Shown piece after piece: positions 50,060 to 62,500 of a stretch of DNA of 64,000 nt (positions are counted from its first letter, which is position 1; each line of letters begins with the position of its first letter). Made by a program: the position numbers and the translations under genes. The notes under the pieces were generated by a model that had not been told where the DNA came from, ran no database searches, and saw nothing but the letters and a program-made list of their open reading frames with translations. The stretch comes from Dimorphilus gyrociliatus (taxonomy: Eukaryota; Animalia; Annelida): the NCBI GenBank assembly GCA_904063045.1, contig CAJFCJ010000005.1, positions 482,685-546,684 of the forward strand, written 5' to 3'.

Positions 50060-51738
50060 CTATATTGGACTTAAAAATATACATATACTTATTAGGATAT
50101 TCGATATAAGATAAACAAAGAAGAGACATCTATCGACAACTGCTGCTAATAATAACCAATTAGCGCGATTCTTTTTTGCTAATCTAATTGTACGTTGCAT
50201 CTTTGTTTCCTCTTCATCAAAGGCTTCAAGATGAATTTGCTCATCGGCAGAAATTTCATATCCATCATCAGAAATGTAGTAATTTACCGGAATGAGTAAA
50301 TATTTTCTCAATTTGACAACTATCCTCTTAATCTTTTCGGGAACTTTTGCATCCCTATCTCCTTTTAGCGCAATATTATATACAAGTGTGGAGGTGATAA
50401 TATTCAATGCAATAATAACGGAACTTGCACTAATTAACTCTCCTATTTGTACGTAATAAGATGTAGAATATATGAAATAAATGGAAATTATTATTTACCA
50501 ACAGCAGGTACCCTCCTTCCCAATGGTATATGATCCATAACAATAAGCAATAGTACAAAATAGCTCAGGAAAACGCTTAAAGCCAAATTAACTTTTTCGG
50601 TTGAGTTTGGTGGAATAAATGTCGATAAGAGGTTTAAGAATATCAATAGGAAACAAGGAAGAAACAATACAATAACCAAAAACACTATATAAATATAAAT
50701 TTTTAATATGAATATTCATTAGTTAATTAAAATTATTACCGGCGTTTCTTTTTAAGCTTATTGAAAATATCATTACAGTAAAATGCTTGTTCAGATTTGT
50801 TGCCTTTGAATAATTTCTATAAATAGTATGTTTAGTTTCAAGAATTTGCCACTCGTCTTCTTTGTCGGAAAATCCGTGAAATCCTTCGTATGAATCGTTC
50901 CTATATGGAACGTAATTTATGTGTACAGCGTCACTATCGTGTACTAGATTTCCATAGATAAGTTCGCAAGTCTTTAGAATTTGAATAAAAGTAAACATAA
51001 ACAGAAAGAATAGGTTTTAAAGTAGAGAAAATAAATAGATAACCTCATATTCAAAAGGGAAATAAGTAATATCTACTTCGCAAAACGTTTTAAGAATCTC
51101 TATTTGCTCGAGGAAAACTTTACCAGATGAATGAACAATAGCTTGATCAATTGGATAGAAATTCTTATTCGGTTCAACTCTATAAAAATTATTCTATTAG
51201 TTCCAATTTTGAAGATTTGAAGGATAAGAAAATTTACAAGTTTGTCACGATAACACTAGGTTTCCAAATTTCGTGAATATTTATTGATATCATATCCAGA
51301 TTATCATAGTTTGTTTTATTCCATGTTAAAAATTCATCAATCCAACTGTAGTGAACTTCAACGATGGAGGTCATCACCTCTTCCTTAGGATCCAAGTCTA
51401 TTAAACGTAACAAGAACAAAGTCATATTTAACTGTAATGCATGAGTAGAATCCTGTTTTTAAAAAAAACTCTATAATTCTCTCATTTCATATAGAAAAGT
51501 AATGTAGAACAAACTCTTAATGGTCTGGCTGATCTATGTCCTCTATCGTACTCATTTAACAAATCTCCAATGAGCTTATGTTCAGCACTAAGTTCATATC
51601 CGTTCAATCTTGAACAACTGTTTAGCAATTCAATGTTGAATTTTATTAAATATATTGGAAAGGTAATTAATTTTTCATTTACCTGAACGTTTGAATATGA
51701 AAAACAAAGAAGAGAAGATAATGAAAAATTTGAAGCAT
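50060..51738 (-). CDS. Divergent Cys-loop ligand-gated ion channel subunit (nAChR-like, non-alpha), about 7-8 exons
   Basis: Signal exon 51738-51683; EHKLIGDLLNEY...RPL; WIDEFLTW; IWKPSVIVTN. Cys-loop CEVDITYFPFEYE|TC (Cx13C across an intron). M2 TEKVNLALSVFLSYFVLL; M4 WLLLAAVVDRCLF; stop 50060. Confidence 0.88.
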
Positions 51739-52501
51739 TTTAATTTTGAAGCTCAATCCAATCGGTAAGAACGGAATCTAATGATTAAATGGTGTTTTTA
51801 ACTCTATTCAAACAAGGCTTTCTCTGTTGTTAACATTTTTAATTCTATTTTTCAAAAATTGTTTAATTCATACCTTACAAAAAGCTATAAAGAGAAAGTT
51901 TATTGAATATCTTGCAAATAGGCCAAATTCTTTTTCTTCTTAGCAACAACAATTTTCTAATAATTGTAGTTTGTTAAAGACAGATTCAAATTACTCTTTT
52001 TTAATATATGCAAGTATTTTCTTTCATTAACTGATAAAATCTCTGAAAAGATGAACAAGTTGGCAATTGACTTGAGAAGGAAAGAGAGAGATTGATCATT
52101 TCAATTTGATGAGTTAGTAGAAGAATTAAAGTTGTAAAACAATTCCTGATTTGAGGTTAGAAGATGAAAATATGAATAAATTTATTCAAAATATTTGCAA
52201 ACAATCATGATACTATTAAACAAGAATCTATGAAGATTGAAGTTCAAGGGAATCTTTGTATTTGAAAACAGAAACCGATCGGATATCCTTCAAAAACATA
52301 CTCTATGCAAATCTATATAACCTGGACAATGAAAACTAATTAAGGAATGACATTAAAGTATATCACAGCTTTCAGAGATTTTCTAACCTATGACATTTAG
52401 TTCTTTGACCTAGTCTATGAATATATTTAACAACAACCGTCTTATTTTGGTAAACAAATAACGTCTTTATATTTTTATAACAACAACAACAAAAATAATT
52501 A

Positions 52502-52573
52502 CTCCCAGTCCGGGAATCGAACCCGGGCCGCCCGGGTGAGAGCCGGGAATCATAACCACTAGACTAACTGGGA
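52502..52573 (-). tRNA. trnE-CTC: tRNA-Glu (CTC)
   Basis: Minus strand TCCCAGTTAGTCTAGTGGTTATGATT CCCGG CT CTC AC CCGGG CGGCCCGGGTTCGATTCCCGGACTGGGAG. Confidence 0.95.
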
Positions 52574-52878
52574 TTTCTACGGTTAATCCTGCCAATATAA
52601 CGCTTTTTGAAAGATTCTAATATATAATATAATAAATTTTATTTTTATCTTATCCTTTGATATGAATATCAATTAAGGAAAAATAAGAAAATATATCAAT
52701 TCAAGGGGGAAAAGTGGCTTTTCTTTAATCTTTCATTGATACTATATGATAATATTTGTAAGGTTTGTTAAAATGAAGAATACTAATTTTTTATGCAAAT
52801 ATTTCATTTTTCAAAAATAGGAGACTTTAATCCCATACTTTGTAGTATGATCGATAGAAAGCCAAAGTTAATTGAACC

Positions 52879-52951
52879 GGCCGCGTGGCCTAATGGATAA
52901 GGCGTCTGACTTCGAATCAGAAGATTGCGAGTTCGAGTCTCGTCGCGGTCG
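52879..52951 (+). tRNA. trnR-TCG: tRNA-Arg (TCG)
   Basis: GGCCGCGTGGCCTAATGGATAAGGCG TCTGA CT TCG AA TCAGA AGATTGCGAGTTCGAGTCTCGTCGCGGTCG. Confidence 0.97.
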
Positions 52952-53281
52952 TACATTTTTTACCTTTTACAATTTTATATTGATTATAATACTTCTATAA
53001 ATGAAGTTATTCAATAAAAGAAGATAATCAATCATATAAAGGATTAGAAAATTTACTTTTTTATCAAAGTGAAACAAGTTGAGATTTATGAATAAAAACT
53101 ATATTTCATTCCTTTATAAATTATGAATTTAGGATAAGAAAGTCTAACAATGATAATAAATGTATATACAATAGAAAATATGTATTTTTTCAGGTGAGAT
53201 TTAACCTCTTGATAACCTTATTCTAGCCTACTAAAAGTTCTATCTATACATGCATAGTATTCTGAAATAATATCCTGCAAG

Positions 53282-56200
53282 TCATATATTCTTTTGAGAA
53301 AACTTTTGCATCATTTTTCGTAAACTATCTCCCAATATCTTTATGTCGCTAACAACGAAATTATCATCCAAAGCATAAGTTATATGGCTTAGTAGAACGT
53401 AGAATTTCATCTTCCTCGTCTGTTTGAACCAAGAATGCATGTTAAAAATGTTAGTTGGATAACAAACAACAAACAAAAAATACATGATAGTAGAATGTAC
53501 ACTGTGTCCTTGATTTATCAATAGTAAGGTTATTATCGTGCATAGCCGATAATGCTTTTGAAATATTCTGACAAAATCGCAATAGTAACCCAATACAACT
53601 AGAATAGCTTTGACAAAACGTCGCAAACGTCTCTTTAATATCTTCGTGATAAATATGAAATTTGGTTAAGTTTTTCATTAAACATATCACTAAATAAAAA
53701 ACGAGTTATATATCAATAAACTAACGAAATTCTACAAGGCATACTTTGATATTCTCTTTCCAATTTTGTTTTTCTAATAGCATATTCTCTGTAAAAGTCA
53801 TTTTAAGCATTTAAAAAACACGACAGGACAATAAAATTGATTAAAAATTAGATATAAACATTTCCATAAGTTGCTCTTTTCGTCTTTCTTTTATATATTT
53901 CATAAAATATTCCAGTGTAGTTATAATTGGATTTAATACAGAATTAAGAGGAATAATTAAAACAATGACCCAAGAATACATTTCGTTACTTAACTTAATA
54001 CTTTCAAAAAACGATAATACACCTGTTTTATAAAAGTTTGTATACTGTATACAAAGGCCTAGTTACAGTCAAAACCTTACCTAATAACGATATCGGTAAC
54101 AAACAAGTTAAATTACTGATCACAATAAGAAATGCGCTGCCCATCACTTTATTCAATCTTTCAGAAATTGTTTTCTCACTCAAGATACTTTGCGAATTTG
54201 CTATATCTTTGAATAGCAATAGATACAATACGGATATTGTTATACAGATGAACAACGTGAATAGACCGTACAGCAAAAATGAATATAACCAGCCGCTAAC
54301 TCTTTCATTCGTTATATGCAAAGAGAAACAAACGGCTGATCTCGAATAAAAATCCTGTGTTCAAATCTTTTAGCGTCTAAATCGATTCTCTAATTGATTT
54401 CTAGTGAAAAACCTCGAATAGAAACATGGGCAGGAGAGACAAGGATAAGAAAGTAATCGGTATGAGTGCCAATTTCATAGCGAGTCTTCTATACTCGATT
54501 CGACGGTGGAACAACGGATGACAAATGGCCAGGTATCTATCGATGGTAATCAATAATAGGGAAACGTTGGACGACAGAATCGCCGTACTGGCAAGTACTC
54601 CGCTAAAGCTGCAAAGTCTACTATTTCTCCAACTGTTGTCGTATTTGATATAGATTCCGTTGTAGTATTGATCAGCCACCGCAATCATAGCAAGATACAA
54701 TCCGAATAGAAAGTCGTAGAAGGTCAAAGTCAAATAGAAAAGATCCGAATTTTTGGCGAATTGTTTAATTTTCAATATGATAACAATTCCATTTGTAGAA
54801 ACACCAACAACAACGATAAACCAGATTGTAATACGAAGGAATAGATTACCCAGAAGATCTGTACAAGTTTTAATAACAGAATATTTTGGAGTACAATCTT
54901 TCAAGTTTCTTAGATACTTTCTAGCCATACAACAGAAAATAAAGCTTTCAGAATAGATTCTCTCTAAATGGAATAATTTCTTAATAAACAATGGAGAAAC
55001 TTGTTTATGAAAATATGTATTTTTCATTGAAAGAATTTTGAGATTGTTTTGAAACTGAAATGATCTTTCATCAAAATTATTAATTGTAGTTTTATCCATT
55101 TTCAAAGTTACTAGAGATATTAGACCTTTGAATGTATGTTTTCTTAGAGATATAATTTGAATACCAGAAATATTAATATGTTTCAAATTAGTTAATTTTA
55201 TAAAGATGTTTTCAGTAATCAATTGTAATGGATTATTAGCAATATTTAAATATTGTAATAGTTTCAAATGGAAATTTAATAGTTGATGTAGAGATGTTAG
55301 TTTATTTGCCATTAGATCCAAAACTACTAGATTTCTAGCATTGAAATATGGTAGAGTGTCAATATTGCTAAATGATAGATTGAGGAATGTTAAATGATTG
55401 TTATATATAATATTTATAATTTGTTTTTTATGCATTCGAAATAATTGTAATCGTTTAATTGGTTGATGAATAGTTAAATTATTAAAAAGAGTTTCGTTAA
55501 GAGAGCATTCAACTTCGTAAAATGTTTTACATTTACAGAAAGTAGGACAAAATATTTTTTCAAATTTATCACAAAGAAGTTCATCGTTACCAAAATAGCA
55601 GTGAATTTTTCCATCACATACCTCAGTAAGGGGAATAAAGGTCTTTTGATTTCTACATCGGAAATAACCAATCGGTTGAAAAATAGCTTTAAGAAATTAA
55701 AAAAAATGAATGTTTTATTGAAAAGTTTGTCAGCTTTGTTTTTTAAATACAAACCGCAATTTACTTCGTCATCACCGTTGATACAGTGACTTATACCGTC
55801 GCATATGTATTTTATAGGTAGGCAATAATTATACTCGCTACATTTATACTCTCCATTCAAACATGTTACATTGAAACAATTTGATAAATGTTCAAAAGGC
55901 GTTTGAGCTTTTGTTTTGAATTTTCCCATTGTTGAATAATGTATTCGACACACATGATATTTAATATTGCCCCAATGTTCATTTTCACTAAGTTTCTTAA
56001 TAAAAGGCTTTAAATTGCAGAGTTTTTCTGATGTAAACCTGTTAAAATTGTTTCTTAATTAACAAAGTCTATTTGAGGATGATTTCATAGTAATTTTGTT
56101 TACATTGTTTTGGGAAAAACAGATAAATTTGAATTTAAATTTGAACAAATGTCTGTATTCTCATCGGGTGGTGGAAAGTTATTACAGTCAGCTGATAAAT

Positions 56201-59200
56201 CGCACATATCTTCTGGTTGCATACACAGTCCATTACAATAAGGTAAACGACATGATTCTATAAGAAACAGCTTTTGAAAACTATTATTAATGACTAAAAT
56301 CTTCCTTAATAGATGACCTTGGCATTGTTCATCCGAAAAATCCATACAGTTTCTTTCTTGATCGCATAGTTGACTAGATTCTATACACCTGCCATCTTTA
56401 CATTGGAAACTATAAATTATTTAAGAGGTTGGCTGCAATAGATTGTCACAATTTAAACTCAGAAACCTGTTATCTTTATCGCAAGTTACTTCTACAAATA
56501 GATAAATTATAACACAAAGAAGAAAATAACAATATGATTACCGCAATTCAATTCGTCACTTCCATCCAAGCAATCGTATACCTGATTACAAACTAAATTT
56601 GTATTAATAAACTGATTGGAAGAACATTCGAAAGAAGTAAATCGATTGCATCCACTTTCGTCACTCTTATCAAAACAATCAAACTCTCCGTCACAGATAT
56701 GAAGTATGCTGATACAATATTTCGATTTTTGACAAAAGAACATATTTTTTGAACAGTTTTGAAAATTTTCCACATTTAAATGCAAGTAATGATTTGTATT
56801 CTTAAAAATTGTATAACCTGATTCGCATGCCAACATTGGAAATATAGAAAAATCGCACGGCACCGACTTATATTGAAAATTAAAAATCGAAGAGCATTCA
56901 CTATCTCTCCTAAACAGGTTTACTCTTTTTGTAAGACTTTTATACGATACAGAGCATCCTGGCCAAGAACTCAAAAGTCTAATTGAGCAAAATGAATGAT
57001 TACTTATTTTTCTATCTCGTATAGAAATTATATTTCTTTACATGTAGGCGGTGTTATCCCATAAACCAGATATGTCCAAGGGAACGTTATCTGTTGTAGT
57101 TCTTTCGTATTGATTATAGATATTTTTCAACCGTTTTATTCCTTAAAAATGAAAAGGAGATAGGAAAGTATTGATTATTAATAAGACTATATTTGTAAAT
57201 ACTACTTTACCGAATGGGAGTTCTTTCTTAAATCTAGAGAATTTTGACAGTTGAGCTTGGGAAAGTTTAACATCAGCCGCATTATAATAAAAATCCAATA
57301 AGTAGATCATATTAACTTTAAATCTAACTGATAAAGACATCAATGTCATGTTTACATTCTTACATGCTTTTTCACTAGCATCGAAAGATATTCGTTCCTT
57401 TAAAAATTGATAAATGTAACATTTTCCATCATAGCTTAAAGTATTTTCTTTATTGCAAGCTATTCAAATTAGAAACATTAACGAATAATAAGTATTAGCT
57501 TTATACAGTATATTTACATATTAAATCACTTTCTTGAACGCATTTAATACCAATTTTTTGTCTAACTGTTTTTCTATTCAAATATCTTAACCTGCACTGA
57601 AGAAAACTTGTAACATTTTTATCACATTCCAACCAAAAGTTCATTTCGTAGTAGTACTTTTCCTTGGAAAAGTCAACCTTAAAATATGTACCATTTTTGA
57701 AAAGGAAATGCTTGCAAATGATCTATTTTAGTATTAATATCATGATCATTTATTTAGTAAGAAATCAATAGAGCTATTTTTTAGCTAACGTCAGCTTCAA
57801 ATTTTTGGAATAGTGGAACGTAGACGGCGTACCACAAATTTTTTACGAATATTTGAAGTTCGCCAGAAATAGTTGAAAGATTAGTTGAGCTATTTTTGTA
57901 TAATATTAAATTTTCAGATGAATAAATCCTAAATTGATTTTCTAGTTATTATAAATCAAGTATAAAGTTAGTACTTTAGCTTTTAGGCAGAATATATTAT
58001 GTATTTTACCTTTCCACGATTGGTTATTATCGGGCTTACGACAGTGAAATTTACATAGCGATGACGTAAGAATAAAACCCATTACTATAAATCTACAATT
58101 TTTCATACTACGGGCCATAAAATCACACTGAATTAACGATGACGATTGACCATAACCAGTTGTAGATTCACTATCGCACATTTCGGGTCTCCTGTAACCA
58201 TATTCCAAATCCATACTCCGACATACGATATAGGATATATCAGTTAGTTTAACTGTCTTATCAATGAAAATATTCATAGGAAAAGTGTAATTGGAAAATA
58301 GAGAAACAATCAGAGATAATTCATTACGATTATTAAATTCGATTTTCTTCGAATACAAATAAGAATGAATATATTCAATTTTATAATCTTTTAAAGCTAA
58401 ATTGATATAGTTAAGTATTTAAACAAATTTGAAGTATTTTCCTTATTAAATACAAATATAAACCTAATGCAAATTTCTTACAAACTATGGGATAACAACT
58501 TGATATTATTGATAAATTGTCATTCATAAAATTCCAAGGTTGATTTGATAAAGGAGGTAAAACGATTTTTGATAGTAAATGTTTAGTAAAGAGATATATT
58601 CTATTGCATAACTTTTGTTGGGTAAACTCTTCACTTTTACATAGTCTATAAGACTTTTGTTTGTATCTTACATAAATATTATCTTTGTTGTATTCATTCT
58701 GCTTTAATTCCAATTTAAAAAATACTGCAAGAAAGAAATAAAAGAACTATTAGGGATAATGATAGTATTTAAAAATTCTATTCAACATGGCTTAGAGATT
58801 TTAAAGCATTTAACGCATATCAGAGGTAATTCCCTTTCAGATGAACATTTGATTATACTCCTTCAGAGACATGTAATTTTTATGTTAAATAAATTCTTTT
58901 ATGATCAATTTGTCTTACAGTGAACACTCCAACTTTTCTCTAAACTTTGAAGATAAATAACAGTACACTGTTGCGTAATTTAACTCTGAAATAGTCTTTG
59001 TATTCTCCTCTAATTAAACTATTGAAAACGACAAAATACTCTTTATCTTTGGACAAATGAACCCCTCGTGATAAGCGTGGTCATATCCTCCTTGGGAACA
59101 AGCTTTCTTGTTAATGTCCAGAAACTTTTTCAAATTTCCCGAAGATAGCGACAGTTTAATGGGATAGTATTGATTATCTGTCGCTAATTTAACAACAGTT

Positions 59201-59370
59201 AATCCGAGTGAGAATGCTTCCTCATTTCTTATAATCTGACCAAAGTCAATGTTCAATTCCTCTGAATAGACCAATTTGTTGCTGAAATTACAACCTTTAC
59301 CATTTAAATCACAAAACAGTATATCAAATAATTGAATTAAAAAAAAACTATAAGAAAGAATTTCATTCAT
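53282..59370 (-). CDS. GRL101-like LDLa-LRR GPCR, paralogue A (signal peptide, C-type lectin-like, about 6 LDLa, LRR, 7TM, extended cytoplasmic tail)
   Basis: CTL-like GKCYIY...SFDASEKAC near 57430. LDLa motifs CDGEFDCFDKSDESGC, CDGISHCINGDDEVNC and others. LRR exon ~55690-54413. Hinge FCC...C...SVIKTCTDLLG. TM3 TIDRYLAI; TM7 IPLNSVLNP. Tail exons 53788-53745, 53689-53484, 53419-53282. The start at 59370 is tentative. Confidence 0.8.
53937..54934. repeat. 998-bp near-identical duplication, copy 1 (copy 2 at 60181-61178)
   Basis: Constant offset of 6244 bp. One substitution seen by eye (Asn vs Ser codon in LG[N/S]LF). Includes two introns. Confidence 0.92.
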
Positions 59371-59540
59371 TTTTGAAACTGATTTTTCTATTGCAACAAA
59401 CTAATCATCTTTGTGTGAAATATTATACATATGTAATTATTGAAATAAGGAGGATATTTAGTACGTTTCAATGAATTTATTAAAATATAAACATGCATTT
59501 GTTGTTGTTAAATATTCTATCTAGAATATAATCTAGTTAG

Positions 59541-62500
59541 TTATATATTAAATTTCAAGAGCTTTTTTAAAATACGCCCAATTAATAATATATCTTTGTT
59601 GTATTCAAATCTTTCCGGTTCAAATTTTAAACTTTCAAGAAGAATGTAAAATTCCACTCGCAAATTCCTTTTCTAAAACAAAATATTCTACTTTTAAACT
59701 TCCTCTCTTACAGTTTTTCTTCAAGATAAAAAATTACCTTTCCTATTATCGGAAATTTACTTAGTTCATTCATCAAACTCAAATTATTCTGATGGGCGGA
59801 ATTGAAAGCTGTAAAACTATCTCTACAAAAGAGAAACAGCTCCAAAAAAGACTTCTTTCCAATAGTTATATCTACTCTTAAGCTAGGTACAGGTTCCGCA
59901 AATAATATGTGATGTTTATCCAAGTTCTTCATGAACATTAAAGCTAAACAAAAACGGATGAAAAAATTTGGTAAAACAACACAAGACACTTGCTATTTAC
60001 TCTGAATTTCACAATCTTTCTTTACATTCTTTACTAAATTTTCTCTGTTTTTATAGAATGTTAATCATAACTTAATAAACTATCAAACAATTGAATTTCA
60101 TACAATTCTCTAGCTTTTGTACTTTTTATATCTTTCTTATATGCAATAAAATTATGAACAGAGTATATAAAAGGATTCATTACAGAATTAAGAGGAATAA
60201 TTAAAACAATGACCCAAGAATACATTTCGTTACTTAACTTAATACTTTCAAAAAACGATAATACACCTGTTTTATAAAAGTTTGTATACTGTATACAAAG
60301 GCCTAGTTACAGTCAAAACCTTACCTAATAACGATATCGGTAACAAACAAGTTAAATTACTGATCACAATAAGAAATGCGCTGCCCATCACTTTATTCAA
60401 TCTTTCAGAAATTGTTTTCTCACTCAAGATACTTTGCGAATTTGCTATATCTTTGAATAGCAATAGATACAATACGGATATTGTTATACAGATGAACAAC
60501 GTGAATAGACCGTACAGCAAAAATGAATATAACCAGCCGCTAACTCTTTCATTCGTTATATGCAAAGAGAAACAAACGGCTGATCTCGAATAAAAATCCT
60601 GTGTTCAAATCTTTTAGCGTCTAAATCGATTCTCTAATTGATTTCTAGTGAAAAACCTCGAATAGAAACATGGGCAGGAGAGACAAGGATAAGAAAGTAA
60701 TCGGTATGAGTGCCAATTTCATAGCGAGTCTTCTATACTCGATTCGACGGTGGAACAACGGATGACAAATGGCCAGGTATCTATCGATGGTAATCAATAA
60801 TAGGGAAACGTTGGACGACAGAATCGCCGTACTGGCAAGTACTCCGCTAAAGCTGCAAAGTCTACTATTTCTCCAACTGTTGTCGTATTTGATATAGATT
60901 CCGTTGTAGTATTGATCAGCCACCGCAATCATAGCAAGATACAATCCGAATAGAAAGTCGTAGAAGGTCAAAGTCAAATAGAAAAGATCCGAATTTTTGG
61001 CGAATTGTTTAATTTTCAATATGATAACAATTCCATTTGTAGAAACACCAACAACAACGATAAACCAGATTGTAATACGAAGGAATAGACTACCCAGAAG
61101 ATCTGTACAAGTTTTAATAACAGAATATTTTGGAGTACAATCTTTCAAGTTTCTTAGATACTTTCTAGCCATACAACATAATTGAAAACTCTCTGTATAT
61201 ATAAATCTGATTGAATCAAAATTCTTTATATTATTTAGTAATGTCTTTATATCTAATAATGAATGATTAAAATGCAAATTTTGTAGACGTTTCATAGATA
61301 AAAATGCTAATTTATTAATAATCTTTAGACGGCATCCAGCTATTATTAAAGTTTGTAATTTCAACAAATTGCCAAAGATGTTTTCATTTAATATCGTAAT
61401 TTTTGAGTATGAAATATCTAAATATAGTAATTGTGGCATATTATTAAATTCTAAATCATTATTTAATATATTGTATTGAAGATTTAAAAATTGTAATTTG
61501 AACATAAAAAGTTTGTTCAAGTCATCTAAGTGATGAATTTTGTTTCTTTGAAGATCTAAAGTTACTAGATTCAATGTTTGCGATAGAGAAAATTGTTCAA
61601 TTTGTCCGTATGAAGCATTTAAATAAGTGATTTCCTGTCCAAATGGAAGGATTACTGATTGATTAACTTTAACATTTATTATTGTTAAATGTTTTATAAG
61701 AGAGGAAAATGTTATCTGTGATACAAAAGTATCGCCAAAGTTACATTTAACTATATAAGGCAGAAAACAGTCACAAAAGGGTAAACATTGTAAAGGAGAA
61801 CAAAGGATTTCGTCGTCTCCATACATACAATGAATTTTATCGTCGCAAATCTGATTTAAAGTGAGGAATTTATTCTGAAATTGACATTTGAATTGTCCAA
61901 TTGGAAGAAAATTTTCTTTTTTGACAATAGTAAATATAAATATATGAATTTATTTAGTTTGCTAGTACCTACCGCAATTCTCTTCATCGTCTCCGTGTAT
62001 ACAATGAACTATACCATCGCAAATTAACGACAGAGGAATGCAATAACCTTTAAATTTGCATTTGTAACTATATAAATCGCATTTCTGGTTCACACAATTC
62101 TCTAATTGTTGAAATGGAAATTGTGTTTTAGTTCGTAAGAATCCTGTAGTATCATATTCTAATCTACAGTTAGTCTTGTTATAATCTTGTGAAGAAGTAT
62201 GAAGTTTTGATAATAAATATCTTATATCTTCCATTTTGCATAGATCACGTCTAATAATTTTGACAAACATAAATTAGTACTAGGCTTAGTTTTTCTTACT
62301 TTTGCTTTGTTGTTTCGGTCTGAAAGATTTTTGACACACATATATCAGGATTTTCGTCTTGGGGAGGGAAACCTTTACACATCATTCTTAAATCACAGAA
62401 TTCATCTTCTCTTAAACATCTTCCATCACAATAAGTTGATTCGCAAATATCTTTTTACAGATAAGTCTACGTTTAAACTATTGAAATTTATGATCCTACC

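Noticed and set aside
54038-60593. Duplicated plus-strand 103-aa ORFs (54038-54349, 60282-60593)
   Set aside because: They are antisense to GPCR TM5-6 and identical only because they lie in the converted tract.
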